Shown here in pieces: positions 52,940 to 62,407 of a stretch of 64,000 bases of DNA; the first letter of the stretch is position 1, and the number at the start of each line of letters is the position of its first letter. The notes beneath the pieces were generated by a model that did not search any database, was not told where the DNA came from, and saw only the letters and a list, made by a program, of their open reading frames with translations. The stretch is from positions 64,001 through 128,000 of the IMG/VR virus record IMGVR_UViG_3300045988_142974; one strand, 5' to 3'. Origin of the DNA: a virus. The position numbers were made by a program, and so were the translations under genes.

Positions 52940-54296
52940 TTTGAAGATTGAAATTCCATCTGGTGCAAATGAAATTATCCATAGTCTACAAAATAATGGA
53001 TATGAAGCTTTCTTAGTCGGAGGATGTGTAAGAGATAGTATTCTTGGCAGACCAATTCACGATTATGACATTACAACTTCTGCCACGCCAGATGAGATGA
53101 TGGAAGTATTCAAGGACAAGAGAATTATTGAAACTGGATTACAGCATGGAACTATCACAATTTTAATTGACGGTGAAGGATATGAATGTACCACTTACAG
53201 AATTGACGGTAATTACTCAGATAGTCGTAGACCTGATAGCGTAACATTTACACGAAATCTTAAAGAAGATTTAAAGCGTAGAGATTTTACAATTAATGCA
53301 ATGGCTTACAATGATGAAGTTGGTCTTATAGATCCGTTTAATGGTATGGAAGATATTAAATACCACAAGATTAGATGTGTTGGCAGAGCAGAAGACAGAT
53401 TTTCAGAAGATGCATTAAGAATTTTACGTGCCATTCGGTTTGCCTCACAGTTGGGATTTGTCCTTGAACCTGATACAGATTGGCATATTTCTAAAATGTA
53501 TAAGAATTTGGAGAATATATCTATTGAAAGGATCAATAGTGAATTTTGTAAAATTGCTGCATCGAGTGATTTCTGTGTACAAATGGTCTTATATCACGAA
53601 GTATTCTCGTTGTTCATTCCTGAAATTAAAGATATGTTTGGTTTTCAACAGAATAATCCATATCACATGTATGATGTATGGAATCATACCGTACATGCAA
53701 TAGAATATTGTGAATCCGATGATTTAGTAACAAGATTGGCAGTATTCTTTCACGATTTTGGTAAGCCACACTGTTATCAAGATGGAGAAGATGGTATCAG
53801 ACACTTTAAAGGTCATGGAAGAGTAAGTGCTGATATGACCAATGAGATTATGAAACGTCTTAGATTTGACAATGATACAAGAGAAAAGGTCATTGAATTA
53901 GTCTATTATCATGATGCTACTTTTGAGGTGGGAAAGAAATATGTCAAGAGATGGCTTAATAAAATTGGAGAAGAACAGTTCAGAAGGTTATTAAATGTTC
54001 GTAGAGCTGATATTAAAGCACAAGCAGACATGGCTCAGGAAACAAGATTACAGAAAATTGATAACATCGAATATATTTTAGAAGAAGTCTTACAGGATGA
54101 TGAATGTTTTTCTCTAAAGGATTTAGCAGTTAATGGAAAAGATGTAATGGATACAATGCTCATTAAAAGTGGAAAAGAAGTTGGCTACTGGCTCAATGAA
54201 ATCTTAACTCGTGTAATAGATGGGAGATTAAAAAATGATAAAGAGGATCTTATTTATTGGATGACTGGTATTACAGATGGTTGGATAGAATATTAA
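52929..54296 (+). CDS. cca: CCA-adding enzyme / tRNA nucleotidyltransferase (class II) with HD domain
   Basis: FLVGGCVRDSILGRPIHDYDITT, RRDFTINAMAY, LRAIRFASQLGF, FFHDFGKPHC (HD). GTG start overlapping the upstream gene's end. Confidence 0.85.
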   Translation: MKSNLKIEIPSGANEIIHSLQNNGYEAFLVGGCVRDSILGRPIHDYDITTSATPDEMMEVFKDKRIIETGLQHGTITILIDGEGYECTTYRIDGNYSDSRRPDSVTFTRNLKEDLKRRDFTINAMAYNDEVGLIDPFNGMEDIKYHKIRCVGRAEDRFSEDALRILRAIRFASQLGFVLEPDTDWHISKMYKNLENISIERINSEFCKIAASSDFCVQMVLYHEVFSLFIPEIKDMFGFQQNNPYHMYDVWNHTVHAIEYCESDDLVTRLAVFFHDFGKPHCYQDGEDGIRHFKGHGRVSADMTNEIMKRLRFDNDTREKVIELVYYHDATFEVGKKYVKRWLNKIGEEQFRRLLNVRRADIKAQADMAQETRLQKIDNIEYILEEVLQDDECFSLKDLAVNGKDVMDTMLIKSGKEVGYWLNEILTRVIDGRLKNDKEDLIYWMTGITDGWIEY

Positions 54297-54306
54297 CGGA
54301 GGTAAT

Positions 54307-55047
54307 ATGTACGAAAAATTAAAAGAATATATAAAAGAATCAAATAATATTGTATTCTTTGGTGGAGCAGGTGTATCAACTGAAAGTGGTATTCCTGATT
54401 TTCGTTCCAAGGATGGATTATATAATCAGCATGACGTTCAGTTTGATAAATACGAACCAGAATATCTTTTGAGTAGAGAATGTTTATATAATAATCCAAA
54501 GATATTTTATGAGTTCTATCGTCAGAAGATGGATACAAGAAATGTTGAACCAAACGTTACTCATAAGGTGCTTGCTAAGATGGAAGAAATAGGTAAGTTG
54601 AAAGCTATTGTAACACAGAATATTGATGGACTTCATCAGAAAGCTGGAAGTAAGAATGTCTTTGAGATTCATGGAACTACTCAGAAGAATTATTGTAGTA
54701 AGTGTAAGATGAAATATCATTCTGATTTCTTGTTTAACACTAAAGATGCTATTCCAAAGTGTGAATGTGGTGGGCTGATTAGACCTGATGTGACTTTATA
54801 CGGAGAGAATCTTCCTAACGAAGCTGTAAATGGAGCAATCAGAGCTATTCGAGATGCTGAAATGTTGATTATTGGTGGCACTTCATTAAAAGTTTATCCA
54901 GCAGCTCATTATATTTCATATTTTAGTGGTAGACATTTGGTTGTTATCAATATGGAGAAAATTCAAGTGTTGTTGAATGAGGATACAGATCTGATGATTG
55001 TTGATTCGTTAGGTAATGTGTTCAGTGAAATTGATAAATGGATGTGA
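54307..55047 (+). CDS. Sir2-family NAD+-dependent protein deacylase/ADP-ribosyltransferase
   Basis: FFGGAGVSTESGIPDFRS, TQNIDGLH, EIHG, Zn module CSKC...CECGG, IGGTSLKVYPAA. Confidence 0.9.
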   Translation: MYEKLKEYIKESNNIVFFGGAGVSTESGIPDFRSKDGLYNQHDVQFDKYEPEYLLSRECLYNNPKIFYEFYRQKMDTRNVEPNVTHKVLAKMEEIGKLKAIVTQNIDGLHQKAGSKNVFEIHGTTQKNYCSKCKMKYHSDFLFNTKDAIPKCECGGLIRPDVTLYGENLPNEAVNGAIRAIRDAEMLIIGGTSLKVYPAAHYISYFSGRHLVVINMEKIQVLLNEDTDLMIVDSLGNVFSEIDKWM

Positions 55048-55060
55048 GGTGAGAGAATAA

Positions 55061-55267
55061 TTGGAATGGATTAAATGTGTCGAAGGACAAATGCCAGAAG
55101 ACGACAAAAGATATGACGGTAAGAAAGTAATTAATGTACTTGTTACTACAAATCGAGGTATGGTAACAAAAGTACAAAGGCAATACTATGATGGGACATG
55201 GTTTTGGGGAAGAATTACTGGCGGTATGAGAGCTTGGATGCCGTTGCCTGAACCATACAAAGAATAA
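55061..55267 (+). CDS. DUF551-like phage protein (68 aa, TTG start)
   Basis: MEWIKCVEGQMPEDD ... VLVTT ... WMPLPEPYKE is the typical DUF551 pattern. GAGGTGAG SD. Confidence 0.6.
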   Translation: MEWIKCVEGQMPEDDKRYDGKKVINVLVTTNRGMVTKVQRQYYDGTWFWGRITGGMRAWMPLPEPYKE

Positions 55268-55281
55268 GTGGGGGTTGAAGA

Positions 55282-55737
55282 GTGAAATTAAAGGATAAAA
55301 TACGAGATAAATTACGTCTTTGGCTGTTAGAAGACGATTTGTTTCAAGTGGAAACAGCTAAAAAATCATATAAGGATGCAATAGAAAAATGCAAAGATGC
55401 AGAGGATAAATATAGATACACCAATATTCAATTATCTGATGCAGCTATTACATATAAAAATTCTCATAAATTAGTTGATGATTGTCATAAAATGATGAAT
55501 TCTATGGTAGACGTTGGAACTGATGTTGGGTTTTATTCTGATGATCATTCTTGGGCAGTTGTGTGTATCAAGGGGCATCCTGAATATGTGAAGCTTATCC
55601 CATTATCACATAGAGATGCACATGAGGTACTTGAGTTTCTAAAACATTTCAAATATTCAGATAGAGTAATTGATTCCCCTTTTGCATTTAGAGATATGGT
55701 TAATAATTGTATCATGGATAAGCCATTTGAAAAGTAG
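55282..55737 (+). CDS. hypothetical protein (151 aa, GTG start)
   Basis: ORF track. Confidence 0.55.
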   Translation: MKLKDKIRDKLRLWLLEDDLFQVETAKKSYKDAIEKCKDAEDKYRYTNIQLSDAAITYKNSHKLVDDCHKMMNSMVDVGTDVGFYSDDHSWAVVCIKGHPEYVKLIPLSHRDAHEVLEFLKHFKYSDRVIDSPFAFRDMVNNCIMDKPFEK

Positions 55738-55802
55738 AGAATAATCTAATATAGAAGCAATTCTATTCACGGCTGATCAGCCAAATTAAGTGAGGTGATA
55801 AA

Positions 55803-56102
55803 GTGAAAAAATATTGGGAAACAGGTGAAAAGAATGATTTTGGTAAGGAATGTTATAAATTACATTTTAGTCAATTTTATGAAGAAGATGATGAAAATGT
55901 AGTAGCTGGTTTTGTACAAGATGAGATAGACGAAAACATATTTATATATGTATCAAAAGAACTAAATGTTGAATATGATACATTGTTTGCAGACAATATA
56001 GAAGATGCAAAGCATCAAATTGAAGACATGTTAATAGACCATTGGAATGATGAGATTGATTATTTAGAAAATCGAATTAAATCATTTCAAAACGAAGAAT
56101 AA
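55803..56102 (+). CDS. hypothetical acidic protein (99 aa, GTG start)
   Basis: ORF track. GTGAGGTGATAAA SD. Confidence 0.55.
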   Translation: MKKYWETGEKNDFGKECYKLHFSQFYEEDDENVVAGFVQDEIDENIFIYVSKELNVEYDTLFADNIEDAKHQIEDMLIDHWNDEIDYLENRIKSFQNEE

Positions 56103-56175
56103 TCATGTATAAAAATTTCTATCTTGGCGATTCAGCCAAATTTTCCAAATAAAAGTAACAAGAAATATTTTTTCC

Positions 56176-56215
56176 TATGGTTTTAGCAGACGTGCAAATT
56201 CCATAGGATTTTACA
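56176..56215 (+). terminator. Hairpin TCCTATGG ... CCATAGGA + TTTTA
   Basis: Read directly. Lies within the Dcm leader region. The antisense track ORF 56119..56328 was rejected. Confidence 0.45.
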
Positions 56216-56295
56216 ACAAAATAATTAAGAAGAAAGGAATTAAGCAGTAACTCCTGGGTAATTATGGTTACGTAACCTCTGTAAAATAGTGTATT

Positions 56296-57219
56296 TTGAC
56301 AGAGAATAATGAAAAAAATAATTCTCAAGGGCTACGAGTATTAAGTTTATGTGGTGGCGTTGAAACAGGATTGTATGCGTTACAGAAGCTCGGAATACCT
56401 ATAAGAGAATATCATACATATGAAATTTTGCCAGAAGCCATAGCAGTTTCTCAGTACCATTTTCCGTTTGTGGTACATCATGGCGATTTATATGAAGCGG
56501 ATTTTGAAGAGTTTAAAGGATTTGATTTACTGTTGGCAGGAACTTGTTGCCAGTCACTTTCAAGAGTGCGAATTGAAAGTAAAGAGGTCAATAATGGTCT
56601 TGATGGTAAGTCAGGAATTTTCTTTAAAGCAATTGAGTGTCTTAGGGCAATTCAGCCCAAATATTTCATGTTTGAAAATGTAATACCAAGTAGTGACGAA
56701 GATCTGAAGACAATGACAGAATGCATTGGTGTAGAACCTATTTTGATTAATTCAGGAAAATTTTCTGCGCAGAGTCGTGAAAGATATTATTGGACAAACA
56801 TACCATTAGGTAAATTACCTGATAAATCTCCATTAGTTTTAAAAGATATTATGGAGAATAGTGTAGATGAGAAATATTTCTATAAGAAAGATTTTGAAAT
56901 CTTGGATATGAGTAAACGTGTATGTGCAGAGTTAAAAGTTAATTCTATGGAAATGAATAGAAGAATTTATAATCCAGATTTTAAGTGCTGCACATTAACT
57001 TGTATAAATGGTGGATATCATGAAAAGAAAGTATTAGATAGTAGCAGACCACGAAAACTTACAGAAGTTGAATATGAAAGATTACAGGGATTACCTGATA
57101 ATTTTACAAAAGTTCAGCTTAATGGTCGTTGGTTATCATACTCAAAAAGATGTAGTTTGATGGGCAATGGATGGAATGAATCTACTGTTGAATGGATCTT
57201 GAGTGGGTTAAGAGAATAA
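56296..57219 (+). CDS. DNA (cytosine-5)-methyltransferase (orphan; TTG start, no SD)
   Basis: Motif I LSLCGGVETG, IV LLAGTCCQSLS, VI FMFENV, VIII QSRERYYW, X MGNGWNE. TTG 56296 is the only canonical start upstream of motif I. Confidence 0.85.
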   Translation: MTENNEKNNSQGLRVLSLCGGVETGLYALQKLGIPIREYHTYEILPEAIAVSQYHFPFVVHHGDLYEADFEEFKGFDLLLAGTCCQSLSRVRIESKEVNNGLDGKSGIFFKAIECLRAIQPKYFMFENVIPSSDEDLKTMTECIGVEPILINSGKFSAQSRERYYWTNIPLGKLPDKSPLVLKDIMENSVDEKYFYKKDFEILDMSKRVCAELKVNSMEMNRRIYNPDFKCCTLTCINGGYHEKKVLDSSRPRKLTEVEYERLQGLPDNFTKVQLNGRWLSYSKRCSLMGNGWNESTVEWILSGLRE

Positions 57220-57272
57220 CATAATATGAAGTTCGCAGGAAAGCGGAATTTCTTGTGATGAAAGGAGAAAAT

Positions 57273-57995
57273 ATGTATCCAGAATACGATGATTTTTATG
57301 AGCCAAGTGAGGGCGAAATGTTTTTTGATGAAATGAAAGAAAAGTTCAGAGAGATTTTACGTGAAGATGTAAATTCTGAAATCAGTAGATTAACAAAAGA
57401 AAATGCAGAATTAGGACAAAAGGTTAAAGAGTATAATGATAAAAATTTAAATCTTTCTTGTAGAGAAAGAGATTTGCAGTACAAGATTGACAATTACAAG
57501 CGAGAGGTAGAGAAAGACTTTTACAATAAAACAATGGAAGAAGTTTTTGAGAAACTTTTAGAAGACTCAGAAGTGTGGTATGCAGAACGTGTTCCTCATG
57601 AGAAACCAAAATGTAATTTATGTAATGAGGAAAGAAAACTTATTGCAGTATATCCAAATGGTGAAACTGTAACCAAGGAGTGTGAATGTTCTCGACCAGC
57701 ATATATTTATGAGCCAGTAATTTCATTGAATAAAGAGATTAAATTTCATAAGGCGTATAAGCCAAGATATAGTGATAAAAAGAAAGTCTATTTTACTAAA
57801 AATTACAAACCAAACAAGGATTATGCAGATGCATACGATTATTACAGTGAATTCAGAATAGAAAATATTTTTGATGATTTTAATGATGATGTAATTCTAT
57901 ATCACAATGGAAAAAGCTATGGAGAAAAAATTGCATTCAGAAGTAAAGATGCTTGTCAGAAATATTGTGATTGGCTTAATAAGGAGAATAAGTAA
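57273..57995 (+). CDS. hypothetical protein with coiled coil and Cys cluster (240 aa)
   Basis: Track ORF 57255..57995. ATG 57273 follows the AAAGGAGAAAAT SD. Confidence 0.6.
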   Translation: MYPEYDDFYEPSEGEMFFDEMKEKFREILREDVNSEISRLTKENAELGQKVKEYNDKNLNLSCRERDLQYKIDNYKREVEKDFYNKTMEEVFEKLLEDSEVWYAERVPHEKPKCNLCNEERKLIAVYPNGETVTKECECSRPAYIYEPVISLNKEIKFHKAYKPRYSDKKKVYFTKNYKPNKDYADAYDYYSEFRIENIFDDFNDDVILYHNGKSYGEKIAFRSKDACQKYCDWLNKENK

Positions 57996-58487
57996 ATGAT
58001 AGTTGGTGTAAAAATATGTGAAGCGAAAGATACAATTAAGAAATATGAAGACCTTGGGTATAAGTTTGTTAGTGAAGAAAATGTAGGTGAAGGATATTTA
58101 AAACTTATATTCAGAGGTTCAATTGTTCCAGAAGAGAATAATATAACAGATATTCAATTCCATGAGGGCGATTTTATAGAAAATAAGGATGGGAAAATTG
58201 GATATATTTCATCCATTTGTCATTGTGATGAGTGTAAAAAACGTGGATTTTTTGAACCAACTATTACATATCTTGATGGAACACCAGATTACATTAGCAA
58301 TTATTCTGTTAAAACTATTTCGTCTGATTATAAACAGATTGGGATTCAGAAGTTTTCAACAGAAGATATATTGAGAAATAAAATAGCTGCACTTGAGAAA
58401 GAGAATAAAGAATTAAAGGAAAAAGTAAATTATTTTATTAATAGAAACGAACTATTAAGGTTGTATATAGGAAGGAATGATAAGTAA
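57996..58487 (+). CDS. hypothetical protein (163 aa)
   Basis: ORF track. Abuts the neighbours without gaps. Confidence 0.6.
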   Translation: MIVGVKICEAKDTIKKYEDLGYKFVSEENVGEGYLKLIFRGSIVPEENNITDIQFHEGDFIENKDGKIGYISSICHCDECKKRGFFEPTITYLDGTPDYISNYSVKTISSDYKQIGIQKFSTEDILRNKIAALEKENKELKEKVNYFINRNELLRLYIGRNDK

Positions 58488-59270
58488 ATGGCATATATAA
58501 AACAATATTGGCAGAATAAAGAACAAAGAGCGACAATTGCTCGTGAACACACAAAAGAGATGCGGAATAAATATGGTCGTTGTATTCAAACTTCAATTTT
58601 GGGTACAAAAATTTATGATACAAATTCATTTAATAGGGATTTTGAAGAGAATATCGAAGATAAAGATACCAAGATTATTGTAGAGGATATTGATAGTGTA
58701 GGTGCTGTAATGAAATACGGCAATCCAAGTACAGCAGTTCTTAATTTTTCTTCATATAAAAATCCAGGTGGAATGTTTTTAAATGGTAGTAAGGCACAGG
58801 AAGAGTGCTTATGTCACGAATCATTCTTATACAATGTGTTGAGTCAGTTTGTATTAAAGTTTTATGATTGGAATAATCGACATAAGAATAAGGCTTTATA
58901 TTTGAATAGAGGATTATTTTCTCCCGGTGTTTGGTTCTTTAGAGAGAATAGCCATGTAGAGTGTAGTGTTATTACTTGTGCTGCTCCAAATAAGTCGGCT
59001 GCTCAGAAATATCAGAACGTGTCAGACGAAGAGAATACTAAAGCATTAAGAAGTCGAATTAAATTTGTTCTTAATATGGCGAAAGACAACAATGTGAGCA
59101 CTCTTATTTTAGGAGCTTATGGATGTGGAGTATTTGGGCAAGACGCAACAGAAGTAGCGAATATATTTAAAGAATATTTAACTACTACTCATAAATGCTT
59201 CGATACTGTTGTATTTGCTGTTCCAAATGGCAGAGATGGTAACTATGAGAAGTTTGTAAAAGTATTTTAA
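58488..59270 (+). CDS. Macro-domain protein of the TIGR02452/DUF2263 (microbial PARG-like) type
   Basis: AVLNFSSYKNPGGMFLNGSKAQEECLCHESFLY and LILGAYGCGVFGQDATEVA match the family signature (LNFAS..PGGG...AQEE ... GAxGCGxF). Confidence 0.8.
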   Translation: MAYIKQYWQNKEQRATIAREHTKEMRNKYGRCIQTSILGTKIYDTNSFNRDFEENIEDKDTKIIVEDIDSVGAVMKYGNPSTAVLNFSSYKNPGGMFLNGSKAQEECLCHESFLYNVLSQFVLKFYDWNNRHKNKALYLNRGLFSPGVWFFRENSHVECSVITCAAPNKSAAQKYQNVSDEENTKALRSRIKFVLNMAKDNNVSTLILGAYGCGVFGQDATEVANIFKEYLTTTHKCFDTVVFAVPNGRDGNYEKFVKVF

Positions 59271-59287
59271 TAAAGGAGGACGAATAA

Positions 59288-59533
59288 ATGAGTATATGGA
59301 TAAGTACAAAGGATCAAATGCCACCAATAAACGAGGAAGTTTTAATTTTATACAAAGATAAAAAAGATGAACTAAAAGAAGAAAATTTATTTTACAGTGT
59401 TGCAAGTTGGATTAAAGATTCCAATTTTGGGTTTGAGAGATGGTCATATTTTATTGAGTATTCGGGGTATTACGAGGTAGTATATTGGACACCACTTGTA
59501 GATATGCCAAGAATAAAGACACAGGAAACATAG
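59288..59533 (+). CDS. DUF551-like phage protein (81 aa)
   Basis: MSIWISTKDQMPPINEEVLILY ... VVYWTPLVDMP. Confidence 0.55.
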   Translation: MSIWISTKDQMPPINEEVLILYKDKKDELKEENLFYSVASWIKDSNFGFERWSYFIEYSGYYEVVYWTPLVDMPRIKTQET

Positions 59534-59560
59534 ATTTCTTGAGGAGTTTAGGAGGGTTTT

Positions 59561-59710
59561 ATGAGAATATATACTGAAATGGAATGCGATATTGGTTGTG
59601 AAGATGGATATTTTTGCGAATATTACAATGAAGAAACCAAAAGTTGTAATTATCCAAATGTTTGTAATGTTTATAAAGAAAATAAAAAGAAACATTGGTG
59701 GCAGAAATAA
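59561..59710 (+). CDS. small Cys-rich protein (49 aa)
   Basis: Own translation MRIYTEMECDIGCEDGYFCEYYNEETKSCNYPNVCNVYKENKKKHWWQK. TAGGAGGG SD. The antisense track ORF 59444..59842 was rejected. Confidence 0.45.
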   Translation: MRIYTEMECDIGCEDGYFCEYYNEETKSCNYPNVCNVYKENKKKHWWQK

Positions 59711-59741
59711 TAGAGAATAATATAACAAGAGGTGTAAATAA

Positions 59742-60155
59742 ATGCAGAATATTAGTATTAAAGGAGTTTGCGATTGTGTAGACTTAGACAGAAATATCAA
59801 ATTGACAAATGGTGCAGTCGTAGTGCAGAAAGAAAATAACAATGTAATAGGTGTTTATTTAGTGATTTCGTTCAGAGATAATAAAAACAAATATGGTAGT
59901 GATAGTACATCAACATATTGTAGTTTGGTAAATCTCGACAATGGGCAATTAGCTTTTGAAGAAAGATGTAGTCGTGCTACAACAGAGAGACGTGTTCTTA
60001 GACATCTAACAAGAGCAGGTTTTAGTTATCCTTATGATCCAAATTCTCATGAGCAGGATAGTAGGTTTTATAATATGAGAATTCAGGTTTATAACAATGG
60101 AAATTACAAAATAAATCTTGAACTTGGTGATGAATATATTATGTATGGTAGATAG
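59742..60155 (+). CDS. hypothetical protein (137 aa)
   Basis: ORF track. AGAGGTG SD. Confidence 0.6.
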   Translation: MQNISIKGVCDCVDLDRNIKLTNGAVVVQKENNNVIGVYLVISFRDNKNKYGSDSTSTYCSLVNLDNGQLAFEERCSRATTERRVLRHLTRAGFSYPYDPNSHEQDSRFYNMRIQVYNNGNYKINLELGDEYIMYGR

Positions 60156-60169
60156 GAGGAATAAACCAT

Positions 60170-60460
60170 ATGAAGAAGAAAATTTTAGCAGTTGCATTAG
60201 GATTAACATTGTGTTTTGGAATGACTGGATGCACTGCAAGCGATGATTTGGCAGCCTCTAATATTCCAAATGAACAACAGTCTAAATGTGAACATGAATA
60301 CAAAGAAATTGATTGGCATGTTCAGTCATATTCGGACGGTAGTAATGTTGGTTATGATATTTATTGCCCTAAATGTGAATATGAAATAAATGTTAGTTAT
60401 AAAGAGTGGAATAAAATTCAAGCAGATATGGAATATAAGAAGGAAAATAAAGCACAGTAA
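60170..60460 (+). CDS. putative lipoprotein (96 aa)
   Basis: Signal peptide MKKKILAVALGLTLCFGMTGC with a lipobox-like MTGC. TAGGAGGAATAA SD. Confidence 0.65.
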   Translation: MKKKILAVALGLTLCFGMTGCTASDDLAASNIPNEQQSKCEHEYKEIDWHVQSYSDGSNVGYDIYCPKCEYEINVSYKEWNKIQADMEYKKENKAQ

Positions 60461-60582
60461 ACCGAAGTTTCTTTTGAATTTTCAAGGGCAAGTCGCTCAA
60501 AAATCCAAGTAAAAGAGAATATTACAAAGAAAGGATAATTAGTAGCTGGCTTTAAAGGTTGCAACCGCTTTGGTACTAATTA

Positions 60583-61389
60583 TTGAAACTACAAAATGAT
60601 AAGTATTACACACCAATAGAATTGGCGAATTACTGTTGGGATAAGGTTTTTGAAGTTGTTGGCGAAGAAAATATATCAGAGATTATTGAGCCTAGTGTTG
60701 GGAATGGCAGTTTTCTTCATCATGCAGAGCAACTACCACATTTTGCGTATGATATTGAACCTGAGTGCGAATCTAATTTTACTCATATCTTTAAGCAGGA
60801 TTATTTAAGTGCTGATATAAAGTATCTTTGGGGAAGGCTGATAATAGGAAATCCACCATACGGAAGATGTTTAAATATGGCACAGAAATTTTTTAAGAAG
60901 TCAGTTGAAATTGCAGATACAATTGCATTTATTCTTCCTATAAGTCAATTGAATAACACAAGGTCAATGTATGAGTTTGATTTGGTATATAGTGAAGATT
61001 TAGGTATCCAGCATTATACAGATAGAGATTTACATTGTTGCTTTAATATTTATCGCAGACCTGATAGTGGAGAATTAAATAGTAAACCAGTCGCAAAATT
61101 AAAGGATGTCACTATATATCGGCAGGATAGCAAGGGATATAACGAGAAAGATTTTGATGTTCGTATGTGCTATTGGGGTGATGGATCTGCTGGAAAGATA
61201 TTAAAGGATGATGAACATTATTCGGCAGAATATAAAATCAAGATAAATAATGAAGAATTAAAAGAAGATATTATTGAAGTGCTTACTACATTTGATTGGA
61301 AGGAATATCTAAATTGTATTGCAATGAGAAAAATACAACAATTTCACATTGTCGATGTCTTAAAGAAGAATATCAAAGGAATTAAATAA
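60583..61389 (+). CDS. N6-adenine DNA methyltransferase (NPPY motif; orphan; TTG start, no SD)
   Basis: DKYYTPIELA (motif X-like), IEPSVGNGSF (motif I), IIGNPPYGR (motif IV). Confidence 0.8.
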   Translation: MKLQNDKYYTPIELANYCWDKVFEVVGEENISEIIEPSVGNGSFLHHAEQLPHFAYDIEPECESNFTHIFKQDYLSADIKYLWGRLIIGNPPYGRCLNMAQKFFKKSVEIADTIAFILPISQLNNTRSMYEFDLVYSEDLGIQHYTDRDLHCCFNIYRRPDSGELNSKPVAKLKDVTIYRQDSKGYNEKDFDVRMCYWGDGSAGKILKDDEHYSAEYKIKINNEELKEDIIEVLTTFDWKEYLNCIAMRKIQQFHIVDVLKKNIKGIK

Positions 61390-61458
61390 GAGAATAATAC
61401 ATTGAAAGGAGCAAGAGATTTGCTGCAGCGTTAAATCTGGATTTGCTCTGAGTAAGAA

Positions 61459-62334
61459 ATGTTAGAGATTAACAAAATATACAACGAAGATTGCTTTGAA
61501 GGTATGAAAAAGATTGATGATAAGTCAATAGATTTTATTTTTACGGATCTTCCTTATAATACGACTAATAATTCTTGGGAATGTGAAATGCCGTTAAATG
61601 ATTATGTCGAGTTATCAGGTCAATATTTTTATGAAACAGATTTATTCAAGTTAGCTCAAGTAACAAATAGCAGTCTCGAATATACAAGAGATTGGTTCTA
61701 CGAGAATAAGAAAGATGGCTTATGGAATCATTACAATCGAATCATCAAAGATAACGGTTGTATTGCACTATGGGCGCAGTCACCTTTTGATAAGAAACTC
61801 GCTTGTAGTAATGAAAAGCTATATCGCTATGAATGGATTATCGAAAAAACCAAAGCAACTGGTCATCTAAATGCAAAGAAAATGCCTATGAAGGCACACG
61901 AAAATGTCTTAATTTTCTATAAGAAACTCCCTACTTACAATCCACAAATGACAGAAGGACATACACCTGTTCATTCTTATACAAAACATACAACAGATGG
62001 TAGCTGTTATGGTGCTACAAAGACTGGTATTTCAGGTGGTGGTAGTACACAAAGATACCCAAGAGATGTTCAGCAGTTCAAGTGGGACACTCAGAAAAGT
62101 AGCTTACATCAATGTCAAAAGCCTGTTGAAGCGTGTGAGTATTTTATTAAAACCTATACTAATCCAGGAGATTTAGTTCTTGATTCGTGTGCAGGAAGTT
62201 GTACCACTGCAGTTGCAGCTTTGAATACAGGTAGAAATTACATATGTTTTGAGAAGGACAAGGATATTTTTGAGGTTGGAAGTAAGAGAGTAGCTGAATA
62301 TGCTAATCAGGATTTATTGATAAGTGCAACTTAA
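61459..62334 (+). CDS. N4/N6 DNA methyltransferase (pfam01555-like, beta class; orphan)
   Basis: IDFIFTDLPYNT (the D(P/L)PY motif IV first), then C-terminal GDLVLDSCAGSCTTAVAALNTGRNYICFEKD (motif I). Confidence 0.8.
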   Translation: MLEINKIYNEDCFEGMKKIDDKSIDFIFTDLPYNTTNNSWECEMPLNDYVELSGQYFYETDLFKLAQVTNSSLEYTRDWFYENKKDGLWNHYNRIIKDNGCIALWAQSPFDKKLACSNEKLYRYEWIIEKTKATGHLNAKKMPMKAHENVLIFYKKLPTYNPQMTEGHTPVHSYTKHTTDGSCYGATKTGISGGGSTQRYPRDVQQFKWDTQKSSLHQCQKPVEACEYFIKTYTNPGDLVLDSCAGSCTTAVAALNTGRNYICFEKDKDIFEVGSKRVAEYANQDLLISAT

Positions 62335-62407
62335 TTAAGAGAATAAGAACAATGAAAGGAGACGAGGTTCGTGTACACAAGAAGGAATTCCTTACTCCAA
62401 GTAATTT

